Below, in pieces: positions 10,187 to 20,306 of a stretch of DNA of 64,000 bases (position 1 is its first letter; each line of letters opens with the position of its first letter). Location: the IMG/VR virus record IMGVR_UViG_3300034198_012226, positions 1 through 64,000 of that record, one strand, 5' to 3'. The position numbers were made by a program, and so were the translations under genes. The notes beneath the pieces are model-generated. The model was not told the origin of the DNA. It ran no database searches and saw nothing but the letters and a program-made list of their open reading frames with translations. Origin of the DNA: a virus.

Positions 10187-10669
10187 ATGGAAGTCCAAGG
10201 CCAGAACACCACCGTCACCTCGATCAACGCCGCTGTCGCCATCCAGAAGAACGCCTCGGCCGTCCTGGAAATGATCGACATTTTCGATGAGTTCGCCACC
10301 GACGCGGCCCTCGAAACTGGCGGTGCATGGGTCACCTACCGTGGTGCGACCCGCTTCAAGATCGCCCGCGCCAACAACGACCTGTACGGCGCTGCGCTGA
10401 CCAAGGCTATCCAGGAAAACCAGGAAGAACTGAAGAAGGGCACCCCGGAATCGGAAGCCCTGTCCGAGCGCCTGATGCTGGAAGTCATGGCCGAGACCAT
10501 CCTGGTCGGCTTCGAGCACGTCAAGTACAAGCGCCAGCCGGTCGAATACTCGAAGGCCGTCGCCGTCGAGATGCTGGCCCACAATGACTTCCGTCTGTGG
10601 GTGAAGCGCCAGTCGGAAAACCGCGAATACTTCAAGGCTGTCCTGGTCGAAGAAGCCGCAAAAAACTAA
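10187..10669 (+). CDS. Tail assembly chaperone (lambda G-like)
   Basis: Between tube and tape measure genes; ends GCA AAA AAC TAA (slippery site). Confidence 0.75.
   Translation: MEVQGQNTTVTSINAAVAIQKNASAVLEMIDIFDEFATDAALETGGAWVTYRGATRFKIARANNDLYGAALTKAIQENQEELKKGTPESEALSERLMLEVMAETILVGFEHVKYKRQPVEYSKAVAVEMLAHNDFRLWVKRQSENREYFKAVLVEEAAKN
10660..10666 (+). promoter_or_regulatory. Programmed -1 ribosomal frameshift site A AAA AAC
   Basis: XXXYYYZ heptamer just before stop 10667-10669; -1 frame open to 11004 (KKLREHLAWELEWG...). Confidence 0.8.
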
Positions 10670-11004
10670 GGGAACACCTTGCCTGGGAACTCGAATGGGG
10701 TTCCCACCTGAAGTCGCTTCTGGAGATGCAGGCCACCATGGGGGTCACACCCCTGGCCCTCAAGAAGCGAGTCCTGCTCAAGCCAGGACTCCGCAAGTTC
10801 AAGCTGATGTTCCAAGACCTCTCCGCGCAGCGCCTGTTCAACCAGGCTGGAGTGCAGTCGATCCAGATCAGCGAGATCAAATCCTACCTGGACATCCTGG
10901 GGGAGCGGCGCAAGGAGCATCGCAAGGTGTACCTCCGGATGATCCTCGACATGGATACCGTCTTCATGGACTACGTCCGGAAGAAGATGGAAAAGAACAA
11001 GTAG
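10666..11004 (+). CDS. Tail assembly chaperone frameshift extension (lambda T-like; G-T fusion 10187..11004)
   Basis: -1 frame ORF continuing from the slippery site; IQISEIKSY motif typical of T-domains. Confidence 0.7.
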   Translation, partial: LREHLAWELEWGSHLKSLLEMQATMGVTPLALKKRVLLKPGLRKFKLMFQDLSAQRLFNQAGVQSIQISEIKSYLDILGERRKEHRKVYLRMILDMDTVFMDYVRKKMEKNK

Positions 11005-11026
11005 CCCTCCTCGTGAGGGCTTTTTT
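11003..11026 (+). terminator. Rho-independent terminator
   Basis: AGCCCTC-CTCGT-GAGGGCT followed by T-run. Confidence 0.7.
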
Positions 11027-11091
11027 ATTGCTGCCAGGATAGCTTGCACTCTGGTAAGATTCGGGAACCACGAAATTCTGCTAGGAAACTC

Positions 11092-14000
11092 ATGAACGAC
11101 GCCATCTCAACTATCGGACTAGGTGTAGACACCAAGCCGGGTCTCGAACACCTCAAGGAGTTGCGTGCCGCTTTCGCCGGTTTGAAGGCCGACGTGAACG
11201 ACCTCAACAACCTGCGGGCGAGCGCAGATGGCCTCGTCGGCGGGGCCGGAAACGCCTCGGCGAAGCTGACTACACTGAGTGCAGAGTTGAAGGCTGCGAA
11301 GGCGCAACTCGCTGAAATGCAGGCCCTGGCGCAGAACGCCTCCCGCACGGAAGTGTCCACTGCCCAGAGCACGGCCCAGGCCGTCATTACCGCCTCGGGC
11401 GGTAAGCTGCGTGCTGTGGTCGAGGACGAGAAGAAGGCGGCTGAGGCCGTCCAGCGGTACGAGAAAGAGAAGACCGCCACGGTCGTGGAGGAGTCGAAGA
11501 AACGCGAGAACCTGGCCAAACTGAACTACTCGGCCAAGTTCGGTAGCGCCTCGTACAGCATGGGGTCGGTCATCCCCGTCGATCAAGCCCAGGGCAAGAT
11601 CATCCAGAAAATGCTGGAGGATCAAGCGCGCATCATGGAGACCAACGCGGCCCGCCGCACGGCCATGGACAAGGCTGTCGAAGCCGAGCACCGCGCCGGG
11701 ATGCTGGCGTCGGCTGCACTGGACGAAGCGACCCGCGAGAAGATGCTCGCGGATCACGCGGCATACCAGGCAAAGAAGATCGCCCTTGACCGTGAGGCCG
11801 AGCTGCGCCACCAGCAGATGATCCTGGAAAGCTCCGTCAAGGACGCCGCCGCCTTGCAGGCCCGCCTGGAGGAGACCCGCCGCTTCATGCAGGCCGAGGC
11901 CAACCTCCAGAACAAGGAAGCCTACGCTCGCAAGCTGGCCGAGCAGGATCAGGAATACAAGCTCCATCTGCTGCGCCAGGAGGAGTACGCCGCACGTCAC
12001 CGTGAGCTGGAAGCGACCTTCCGCGCCGCCGAGGTGGAAGCGAACCGCCTGAAGCTGCTTGCCCAGAACCAGCAGTACCAGCTCCACCTGATGTCCCAAG
12101 CCGAGCACCTGAAGGAGTGGAAGCAGATCCAGGCCCTGATCGCCAATGACGAGCGGGAAGCCAAGCGACTGAAGCTCCTGGAGCAAGATCAGGATTACAA
12201 GCTGCACCTGGCTCGCCAGGCCGAGTATCAGGCGCGTCACCGCGAGCTGGAGGCTACGTTCCGTCAGGCCGACCTGGACGCACAGAAGGCGAACCTGCTG
12301 GCCCAGAATCAGCAGTACCAGCTCCATCTGCTGGCCCAGAGCGAGGCCCTGGCCAAGCACAAAGCTGCACAGCGTGCCATGGTGCAGGACGCCAACTTCA
12401 CGACTGCCCCGTTGTCGAGCCAGGTTCGCACCGTTGGCCGCGCCAAGGCGCTGGTGGACAACGGCCAGGCTGACCTCGCCCGTGACGTGTACGGGCCAGC
12501 AGCAGTTGGTGCTGTAGGCAAGCTGGACGCCATGATCGCCCAGTTGAATGCAACCCAAACGCAGGGCCATGGCATCAAGTCCGAAGCCGCCAAGCGCCAG
12601 CAGCACCTGACCCAGTCGATGAACGACGCCCACTCGGCTGCTCGCGGCCTTGCAGGGGGCCTCGGCCAGCTCTGGGTGACCTGGGGTAGCACCGTGCCGC
12701 TGATCGCTGGCGCGGCCATCTCTGGCTCGATGGCGAAGGTCTTCACGGCGGGTAAGGATGTCGAATTCCAGCTCCAGTTCCTGAAGGCGCTGTCGGACGA
12801 TGTCAAGGCCCCGGACATCAACATGGATGGTTTCATGACCATCACCCAGGGTTCGATGTCCAGCGTCAAGGAGGCCGCGCAGGGTATGCGTGCGCTGGCC
12901 CAGGCTGGCCTCGACCAGAAGTCGGCCCTGGCTGCGCTGCCGGACGTACTTGACCTTGCGGCTATTGGCGAGATGAAGGTCGGCCAGGCCGCGATCACCG
13001 CGACCGGCGTCGTCAACGCATTCGGTCTTTCCATGACCGACATCGGTCGTGTGGGCGACGTGTTTGCCCGCGTCGCTGCGGCGTCGAACACCTCGGTTGC
13101 CGCCATGACCGAGTCGATGAAGCAAGCCTCGACGGTCGGCGACATGTTCGGCCTGACCCTGGAGCAGGCGTCCGCGTCTATCGGCGTGCTGGCACAGCGA
13201 AACATCCTGGGCACCTCGGCCGGTACCGCGCTGACCACCGCGCTGAAGAACATCTACGAGCCGACCGCCAAGGCGAAGGCCGCGCTCGACGCGCTCAACA
13301 TCACGACCGACGATGGTAAGGGTGGTCTGAAGGACTACACCCAGATGATGGACGAGCTGCGCCTGAAGCTCTCCCAGTTGAACGATTCCGACAAGGCTGT
13401 CTTCCTGGGCACCATCTCCGACCAGCGCGGCGCAAAGGCCCTGTCGGCGATCACCAAGAACTACGACGAGTATCTGGATTTCCTGGGCAAGACCACGGAA
13501 GCACAGGACTTTATGAGCAAGGGCACGCTGAAGCTCGAAGACACCGTCCAGGGCGCATTGCAGCGCATGGCTAACACGATGGATCACACCTTCGTGCGCG
13601 GCTTCGAGAAGGCACAGCCTGCGATCCGTGGCGTACTGCGTGAGATGACCGCCATCGCTGGTGACCACTCCCTTGAGGAGTGGATTGCCCGTGGTGCTGT
13701 GGGATTCACCCGCCTGACCGCGACCATTGTTGAACACTCAGGTAAGATTCTGTCCCTGGTCGGCGTGTACATGGGCCTGAAGATCGTCAGCTCGCTGACG
13801 AACGCCTTCGTCGCCTACCGCACCCAAGTTGCGATGGCTACACTGGCTACAGCCGCCAATACCGCAGGCACCCAAGCCAATACTGTCGCCCTCACCATGC
13901 AGGAGCGCGCAGCGGCCATGGTCGGCGCTACGGCCATTCGTTCGGCGGGATTCCTGCGCCTGATGACCGCAGCAGCCGGCCCGCTGTCACTGGTCGTGAT

Positions 14001-17000
14001 GGGCCTGGTGACGGCCTACCAACTCTACAACAGCGAGACCGACGAGGCGGCGAACAATCACAACCGTATCATGAATACGGGCGAGACCATCCTCGACTTC
14101 TACAAGCGCCAGACCTCGAAGCTGCAAGACCTGAACCGCGAGCTGGAGCGTAAGAACGAGCTGGAACGCAACCCGAAGGGCAAGGGCAACGACAAGACCG
14201 AGAACCAGGTCGCCGTCGAGAACGCCCAGGCTACCCTTGCCGAGAAGCGTGCTGCGCTGGCCAAGCTGCCGGAGAAAAGCTACTTCGGCGAGAACGGCAC
14301 CTGGAAGATGAATTCGGGCGCTGCGAAGCAGTACGAGTGGGATCGCTACGCCGCTCTGAAGGAAGTCGAGGCGGCTGAGAAGCGCGTCAACGAGCTGCTG
14401 GAGCAGGGCAAGAAGATCGAGATCGAGCGCGGGCAGTACGTCAAGGACAAGGCTCGCGCCAAAGTCCTGACCGACCGCGACCGTACTGCCGAACAGCTCG
14501 AAGACCTGATCGACGCCGCTGGCGGCGTGAAGGGTGACGGCGGTACCGAAGAAACCCGGAAGATGATCCCGGCCCTCCAGGTGATGCTGGAGCAGACCCG
14601 TGCGAACGACAAAAACTACACTCAGTTTATGCCGTTCATCGAAGGTCTCCGGAGCCAGATCAATCAGCTCAAGCCGAAGATGGGTGACCTGAAGGGCGAC
14701 GGCGATAAGGGTAAGAACGACATCTACCGTGCTGCCCAGGCCAAGCTGGATGGCGAGCTGCAACTTGCCAAGGACACCGAAGCAGGCAAGCTGGCCGATA
14801 CCAAGTCGCGTCTGGCTCGCAACGAAATCGGCGACCTTACCGCCATCGCCCAGAACCTGGAGACCGTGAAGGCTGCGCGCAAGGAAGAACTGCGCATCTT
14901 CAAGGAGAAGGAGGAGCTGGCCGCTCGCCAGGAGAATCGTCGCGCCGATCAGCAGCAGATCAGCAACAAGGGCGATCAGACGAAGCGTGCAGACGAACGC
15001 TCCGACAAGGACGCGAACAACCAGCGCCTGGAGTTGCTGGCCAAGTGGTCTGACGACAGCCTGAAGGTCGAGGCTGACCGTCTGCGCAAGCGTGGCGAGC
15101 TGGTCTCGGCATTCCAGAAGGAGTGGGACGCCAAGAACGGCGGCGAGCTGGCGCGCATCACGGGCGACCTGGACTCGGACAAGGTCAAGCCGGAGGACAA
15201 GGAAGCCCTCCGTAGTCGCAAGTCGTACCTGGAGAACCAGCGCGAGACCGGCACCGACACCGCCAAGTTCGAGGAACTGAGCGACGCCTACGACAAGCTG
15301 ATGTCCGACATGGACGAGAAGCTGGCCAATGTGGCGCAGAAGGCATCGGAGTCGAACGGCTTCCTGTCGGATGTGGGCGCTGTGCAGATGGCCGACGCGA
15401 TCCGGGATAAGACCCTCCCGGCAGCGCAGCAGCTTCAGGCCGAGATGGCGGCTGTCGCCGAGCGCCTGGGCGACAACAAGCTCAAGGCCAACGTCAGCAA
15501 GATGGGCGTCGAACTTGCCAAGGAGGCGAACCGCACCAAGAAGGAGTGGATCGACGCTGGCAAGTCCATCGAGAAGTCCCTGTCCGATGCGTTCGGCAAG
15601 GGTGGCAAGGCCGTTGGTGGCCTGGTCTCGGCCCTCATGAAGCAGAAGGCCGAGCAGAAGGATATTGACGACCAGCTCAAGCGTGCGGTCAAGCAAGACC
15701 CGAAGAAGGAGGCTGAACTCCAGGCCGAAGCTGCCCAGAAGACTGCCCAGGTGCAGCTCTCGTCCTATGGCGAGATGGCCAGCGCCGCCAAGTCGTTCTT
15801 CGATGAGAACTCGAAGGGCTACGAGGCCATGCAAGCCGCCGAGCGTGTGTTCCGTGGCTTCGAGATGGCCATGGCGCTGGAATCGTTCCTGGTGAAGCAG
15901 GGATTCATGTCGGCATGGCTGACCGCGTTCACCACGACCAAGACGGCCGAGGTGGCGGCTGAGACGGCCACCCTGGCACCGACCGTGGCAGTCGAAACGG
16001 CGAAGCAGGGCGTCTTCAGCATCACGGCGCTGGCTGGCGCACTTGCTCTGCCTTTCCCGGCCAACCTGCCAGCGTTCGCTGTCGTCGCGGCTATGCTTGC
16101 GGCCATCGGTATCGCCGTCAGCGGCGGCGGTGGTGGCGGCTCGGCACCGAGCGTGTCGGAGCAGCGCCAGAAGTACCAGGGCACCGGCTACAACTACGAC
16201 CCATCGACCGATCCGAAAGACCTCCCTTACGACTGGGAGCTGAAGAAGTCGGAATCGCTGACCAAGGCCCTGGACGCCCTGAAGGACAACTCGGCCATCG
16301 AGCTGCGCTACTCGTCCAGCCAGCTCATGGCACTGGAGAGCATCAAAGCCGGTATCAGCGGCATGGCCGCGTCGATCACCCAGGCCGCTGGCCTGCGCGG
16401 CACCCGCGCTGACGAGCGTGCCCTGGGCGTCTACGACACCCACAGTAAGCTCGGCTTCAGCAGCTCGTCCACGTCGCTCCAGGACAGCGGTATCGTCTTC
16501 TACAAGACGAACCTGGGCTACGTCATGAACGGTGGTGGTCTGGGTGAGTCGTATGCCCAGATGCAGCACAAGAGCAAGTCGTTCTGGGGCCTGTCGAGCG
16601 ACACCGACAACTACACCGTCAAGGACACCCTTGACCCTACCCTGTCCCGTCAGATGGGCCTGGTGGTCAAGGACATGTACAGCTCGATCTCGAACGCGGC
16701 TGTCGAGTTCGGCCAGGACAAGGCTACGGTTGATCGCCGCCTGGGCAACATGAGCCTGCAACAGGCTGGCCTGAGCTACATCAGTCTGAAGGGCCTGTCG
16801 CAGGAGGACGCACAGAAGGAGCTGGAGGCGATCTTCAGCAACATGGGCGACCAGATGGCACGCGCCATCATGCCTGGTCTGGATGCCTTCGAGCAGGCCG
16901 GTGAGGGCTACTACGGCACCGTGATGCGCGTGTCGTCGTCCATCGAGTCGGCCAACTATACGATGCAGAAGCTCGGCATCGCTGCTGCCGACTTCAACAG

Positions 17001-18822
17001 CGTGGGTAACAAGTCGGGCGACCTCGCCGCCGAGATCGTCCGTACCAGCCTGCTGAACAAGGAACTCCAGACCGGCTACACCACGGGCATCGCCAAGATG
17101 ATGTCCACCATGTCCGGCAGCGCCAGCGAGATGGCCGAGGCGTACACCAAGCTGAACGACGTGCGTCGCACCATGAAGGCCACGGGTGCCCGCAACGTGG
17201 ACGTGACCGATTCTATGGTCAAAGGCGCTGGTGGCCTGGACAACCTGTCCTCGGGCATGGAGACGTACCTGGAGAACTTCTTCGAGGACAGCGAGCGTAA
17301 TGCAGTCAAGGCGTCCCTGCTGAACGACGAGTTCGCCAAGATGGGCCTGACCCTGCCGAATTCGGTCAAGCAGTTCCGTGCCCTGGTGGAAGGTATCGAC
17401 CGCTCGACGGCGGCTGGCCAGACCATGTACGGCACCCTGATCGGCCTGGCCGAGGAGTTCGCCGATCTGGCTGACGACCTGGGTGCAGTCAACCCGGCGA
17501 TCACCAAGCAGCGCACCGAGACCGACAAGCTGATCACGAAGACCGAGGAGTGGCTCGACACCCTGACGAACGCACGCGGCCTGCTGAACGACATCAACTC
17601 GGCACTGAACGACGGCAACCCAGTCGATCAGACGAAGCGGATCGCCGAGCTGCGCAGCCTGCTGTCGTCGGACACCCTGAACTTCGACCAGCAACTGGAG
17701 ATCGCTGGCGAGCTGAAAGACCTGGTGCTGGAGAAGTACCAGGTCGAGAAGGAAAACGCTGAGACCCTGATCGACTTCGGTCGTGAGATGCAGGGCTACG
17801 TCCTGAGCCTGAAGGTGGGCGAGAAGTCGCCGCTGACGAACAAGCAGAAGCTGGAGGAGGCGAACCGCCAATACCAGAGCACGCTGGCTGACACCAAGTC
17901 GGAAGACAAGGACACCCGCGAACAGGCCCAGAGCGAGCTGCAAGGTAAGGCTGACGCCCTGCTCGAACTTGCCCGCACCTACTACGCCAGCTCGCAGAGC
18001 TACACCGAGATTTTCAACAAAATCTCCGGCGAGCTGGACTCGGCAGGCGCTGGCTCGATCAAGAAGGGTTCGGTGCTGGAGGAGCTGGCTAAGGGACAGA
18101 CTGAGGCCCTGATCGACCTGCGCACCCTGGTGTCGCAGATTTACGACAAGGCCGACGACGGCTACAACAAGTCGGCCCAGGCGCTGAATGAGCATCTGGT
18201 TGTCCTCCAGGGCATGTACAACGGCATCAACCTGCTGACCGAGATGCCAGCCCTGCTGCGCTCCCTCCCGGCAGAGCTGGCAGCGAAGATGGCCCTGGGT
18301 GCGAACGTGGACACCAGCGGCCCTTACAACGGCGGCACCGTGACCATGCCTCCTCCGGTCGTCGGCTACTACCCAGGCACCACCGACGGCTACTACGAGC
18401 GCGAGAACGCCTACTCGAAGCCTTCGGACTTGTACTCGGGCATCCCGATGAACCTGGAGAACGAGCTGCGGTGGCAGAACTACAGGATCAACGGCTCCCA
18501 TGCCAACGGACTTGACTATGTGCCGTTTGACGGGTATGTTGCCGAACTGCATCGTGGAGAACGTGTCCTGACGGCAAGTGAAGTTTCCCGGATGGACAAG
18601 GCAAACATGTCCAGCACCCAGAGCTTCAGCCCTGCCGAACGTGATGAGATGGCTAAGGAAATCCGGGAGCTGAAGGAAGTCGTCAGCACCCTGGTCACCG
18701 CCCAGGACGTGAACACGGTGCGAATGATCCAGGCCATGTTCGCCTCCTCGAAGAAGAACGCCGAGGAGGTCGTGGAGGGAACCAAGACCACGGCACCAAC
18801 CCAAAAAGCTAAGGCAGTATGA
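11092..18822 (+). CDS. Tail tape measure protein (2576 aa, TP901-type core)
   Basis: Very long Ala/Leu-rich helical ORF after the chaperones; core EAAQGMRALAQAG...GDVFARVAAASNTSV...GTSAGTAL; C-terminal GSHANGLDYVPFDGYVAELHRGERVL motif. Confidence 0.92.
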   Translation: MNDAISTIGLGVDTKPGLEHLKELRAAFAGLKADVNDLNNLRASADGLVGGAGNASAKLTTLSAELKAAKAQLAEMQALAQNASRTEVSTAQSTAQAVITASGGKLRAVVEDEKKAAEAVQRYEKEKTATVVEESKKRENLAKLNYSAKFGSASYSMGSVIPVDQAQGKIIQKMLEDQARIMETNAARRTAMDKAVEAEHRAGMLASAALDEATREKMLADHAAYQAKKIALDREAELRHQQMILESSVKDAAALQARLEETRRFMQAEANLQNKEAYARKLAEQDQEYKLHLLRQEEYAARHRELEATFRAAEVEANRLKLLAQNQQYQLHLMSQAEHLKEWKQIQALIANDEREAKRLKLLEQDQDYKLHLARQAEYQARHRELEATFRQADLDAQKANLLAQNQQYQLHLLAQSEALAKHKAAQRAMVQDANFTTAPLSSQVRTVGRAKALVDNGQADLARDVYGPAAVGAVGKLDAMIAQLNATQTQGHGIKSEAAKRQQHLTQSMNDAHSAARGLAGGLGQLWVTWGSTVPLIAGAAISGSMAKVFTAGKDVEFQLQFLKALSDDVKAPDINMDGFMTITQGSMSSVKEAAQGMRALAQAGLDQKSALAALPDVLDLAAIGEMKVGQAAITATGVVNAFGLSMTDIGRVGDVFARVAAASNTSVAAMTESMKQASTVGDMFGLTLEQASASIGVLAQRNILGTSAGTALTTALKNIYEPTAKAKAALDALNITTDDGKGGLKDYTQMMDELRLKLSQLNDSDKAVFLGTISDQRGAKALSAITKNYDEYLDFLGKTTEAQDFMSKGTLKLEDTVQGALQRMANTMDHTFVRGFEKAQPAIRGVLREMTAIAGDHSLEEWIARGAVGFTRLTATIVEHSGKILSLVGVYMGLKIVSSLTNAFVAYRTQVAMATLATAANTAGTQANTVALTMQERAAAMVGATAIRSAGFLRLMTAAAGPLSLVVMGLVTAYQLYNSETDEAANNHNRIMNTGETILDFYKRQTSKLQDLNRELERKNELERNPKGKGNDKTENQVAVENAQATLAEKRAALAKLPEKSYFGENGTWKMNSGAAKQYEWDRYAALKEVEAAEKRVNELLEQGKKIEIERGQYVKDKARAKVLTDRDRTAEQLEDLIDAAGGVKGDGGTEETRKMIPALQVMLEQTRANDKNYTQFMPFIEGLRSQINQLKPKMGDLKGDGDKGKNDIYRAAQAKLDGELQLAKDTEAGKLADTKSRLARNEIGDLTAIAQNLETVKAARKEELRIFKEKEELAARQENRRADQQQISNKGDQTKRADERSDKDANNQRLELLAKWSDDSLKVEADRLRKRGELVSAFQKEWDAKNGGELARITGDLDSDKVKPEDKEALRSRKSYLENQRETGTDTAKFEELSDAYDKLMSDMDEKLANVAQKASESNGFLSDVGAVQMADAIRDKTLPAAQQLQAEMAAVAERLGDNKLKANVSKMGVELAKEANRTKKEWIDAGKSIEKSLSDAFGKGGKAVGGLVSALMKQKAEQKDIDDQLKRAVKQDPKKEAELQAEAAQKTAQVQLSSYGEMASAAKSFFDENSKGYEAMQAAERVFRGFEMAMALESFLVKQGFMSAWLTAFTTTKTAEVAAETATLAPTVAVETAKQGVFSITALAGALALPFPANLPAFAVVAAMLAAIGIAVSGGGGGGSAPSVSEQRQKYQGTGYNYDPSTDPKDLPYDWELKKSESLTKALDALKDNSAIELRYSSSQLMALESIKAGISGMAASITQAAGLRGTRADERALGVYDTHSKLGFSSSSTSLQDSGIVFYKTNLGYVMNGGGLGESYAQMQHKSKSFWGLSSDTDNYTVKDTLDPTLSRQMGLVVKDMYSSISNAAVEFGQDKATVDRRLGNMSLQQAGLSYISLKGLSQEDAQKELEAIFSNMGDQMARAIMPGLDAFEQAGEGYYGTVMRVSSSIESANYTMQKLGIAAADFNSVGNKSGDLAAEIVRTSLLNKELQTGYTTGIAKMMSTMSGSASEMAEAYTKLNDVRRTMKATGARNVDVTDSMVKGAGGLDNLSSGMETYLENFFEDSERNAVKASLLNDEFAKMGLTLPNSVKQFRALVEGIDRSTAAGQTMYGTLIGLAEEFADLADDLGAVNPAITKQRTETDKLITKTEEWLDTLTNARGLLNDINSALNDGNPVDQTKRIAELRSLLSSDTLNFDQQLEIAGELKDLVLEKYQVEKENAETLIDFGREMQGYVLSLKVGEKSPLTNKQKLEEANRQYQSTLADTKSEDKDTREQAQSELQGKADALLELARTYYASSQSYTEIFNKISGELDSAGAGSIKKGSVLEELAKGQTEALIDLRTLVSQIYDKADDGYNKSAQALNEHLVVLQGMYNGINLLTEMPALLRSLPAELAAKMALGANVDTSGPYNGGTVTMPPPVVGYYPGTTDGYYERENAYSKPSDLYSGIPMNLENELRWQNYRINGSHANGLDYVPFDGYVAELHRGERVLTASEVSRMDKANMSSTQSFSPAERDEMAKEIRELKEVVSTLVTAQDVNTVRMIQAMFASSKKNAEEVVEGTKTTAPTQKAKAV
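11932..12345 (+). repeat. Internal 40-aa (120-nt) repeats of the tape measure protein, A-B-A-B arrangement
   Basis: KL(A/L)EQDQ(E/D)YKLHL...RHRELEATFR and LLAQNQQYQLHL each occur twice, 240 nt apart. Confidence 0.85.
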
Positions 18823-20306
18823 TCTCCGATGCGCAATACAGAGAATGGCTGAAGGATGATGAGGGCACCGCCATCCGGTGTGTCCTCATCAAGACGACGG
18901 CCAAGTTCGGCGGGACTGACCAGACCCTCTACCTGTCCAATCTGGGCTACCGAACCGGAGCCGGAGACACCCCGGCCAACACCCAGTACCTGGACGTGGT
19001 ATCGGGCGGCGTCAAGACCAGCGAGAAGGTCAGCATCGAAGGCAAGGTCACGATGTCCTGGGGCACCATCGAGTTCGACAACTCCGATGGTGCGCTGGAC
19101 GACTGGCTCGACGCCGTCTGGAAGAACAACGACATCCAGGTGCTCTACGGCGATTACACCTGGCCGGTGGCCGACTTCAGGCTTGCCTTCACCGGCATCA
19201 ATGGTGAGATCGACGCCAAGGATCGGGACAGGCTGCAACTGCCGGTGGAAGACAAGCTCCGCAAACTGACAACGGCCCTGACCGAGGCGAAGCTCGGGGG
19301 CACCAGCGCCAACAAGGATCGCCTGCGGCCGGTTCTGGTGGGCGAGGCCCACAACTTCGAGCCGCTGCTGATCAACGAGGCCGACCACGAGTACCAGTGG
19401 CATATCGGCCTGGGTGAGCGCGTGATCGAGGTTCGTGACGACGGCGTGCCGATCACGGTGACGACTACACTGGGTACAGGCACCCTCATGCTGGACGGTA
19501 GTCCCGAGGGCCAGATCACGATGAGCGCCCAGGGCGACGCCACGGGCGGCTACTCGAACACCCTGGTTGGTGTCGTCAAGAAGTTGGTCAAGAACTACGG
19601 CAAGGCCGACCGTCGCTTCACGGACGCCGACCTCGACCTGGTGCAACTTGCCAACTTCGACGCTTCGCACCAACAGGCCGTGGGTGAGTATTTCCCCGAT
19701 GGCCCGAAGGTGATCGACGCCTGCCAGAAGATCGCATCGAGCATCGGCGCACAGGTGACCATGTCCCGCGCCGGTCTGTTGCAACTGCTCCAGATCACGT
19801 ACCCGCTCGGCACCCCGACCGTGAACATCACCGTTGACGACATGGTCGAGGGCAGCTTCCGTCCAGTCGGAAAATCGGAGGTGAAGGCTGCGGTCACCCT
19901 GAAGTTCTGCCGCAACTACACGCCCCAGGATCAGCTCGACTCTGGCGTGGTCGAGGCGCACCGCGACATGTTCAAGAAGGAGTGGCTCACCGTCACCCGC
20001 ACGAACGGCACCGTGGCCACCGACCACAAGCTGGACACTGTCCTGGATGAAAGCGACCACGAGGAGTCGTCGCTCCTGGTCGAGAACGATGCGAACAACG
20101 AGGCCGACCGCAGGCTGCTGAACCGCAGCACTGCGCACATGACCTACCAATTCGAGGGCCATGCCCAGTGCCTGACGCTCGAACGCGGCACCATCGTGAA
20201 CCTGACGCACCCCCGCTTCAATCTCTCCGCAGGCAAGACCGCCGTCGTCGTCGGCCTTGACCCTGACTGGCTCAACTCCCGCTGCATCGTACAGGTGATG
20301 GTATAA
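18819..20306 (+). CDS. Tail tip / baseplate hub protein
   Basis: ATGA-coupled to the tape measure gene; 495 aa; C-terminal LERGTIVNLTHPRF hub-like pattern. Confidence 0.65.
   Translation: MISDAQYREWLKDDEGTAIRCVLIKTTAKFGGTDQTLYLSNLGYRTGAGDTPANTQYLDVVSGGVKTSEKVSIEGKVTMSWGTIEFDNSDGALDDWLDAVWKNNDIQVLYGDYTWPVADFRLAFTGINGEIDAKDRDRLQLPVEDKLRKLTTALTEAKLGGTSANKDRLRPVLVGEAHNFEPLLINEADHEYQWHIGLGERVIEVRDDGVPITVTTTLGTGTLMLDGSPEGQITMSAQGDATGGYSNTLVGVVKKLVKNYGKADRRFTDADLDLVQLANFDASHQQAVGEYFPDGPKVIDACQKIASSIGAQVTMSRAGLLQLLQITYPLGTPTVNITVDDMVEGSFRPVGKSEVKAAVTLKFCRNYTPQDQLDSGVVEAHRDMFKKEWLTVTRTNGTVATDHKLDTVLDESDHEESSLLVENDANNEADRRLLNRSTAHMTYQFEGHAQCLTLERGTIVNLTHPRFNLSAGKTAVVVGLDPDWLNSRCIVQVMV

Noticed and set aside
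13987-18804. Very long antisense ORFs (e.g. 13987..18804 -, 11119..13737 -, 52117..55617 +, 43728..46451 +)
   Set aside because: Shadow frames of real high-GC3 genes; no recognisable motifs or start context
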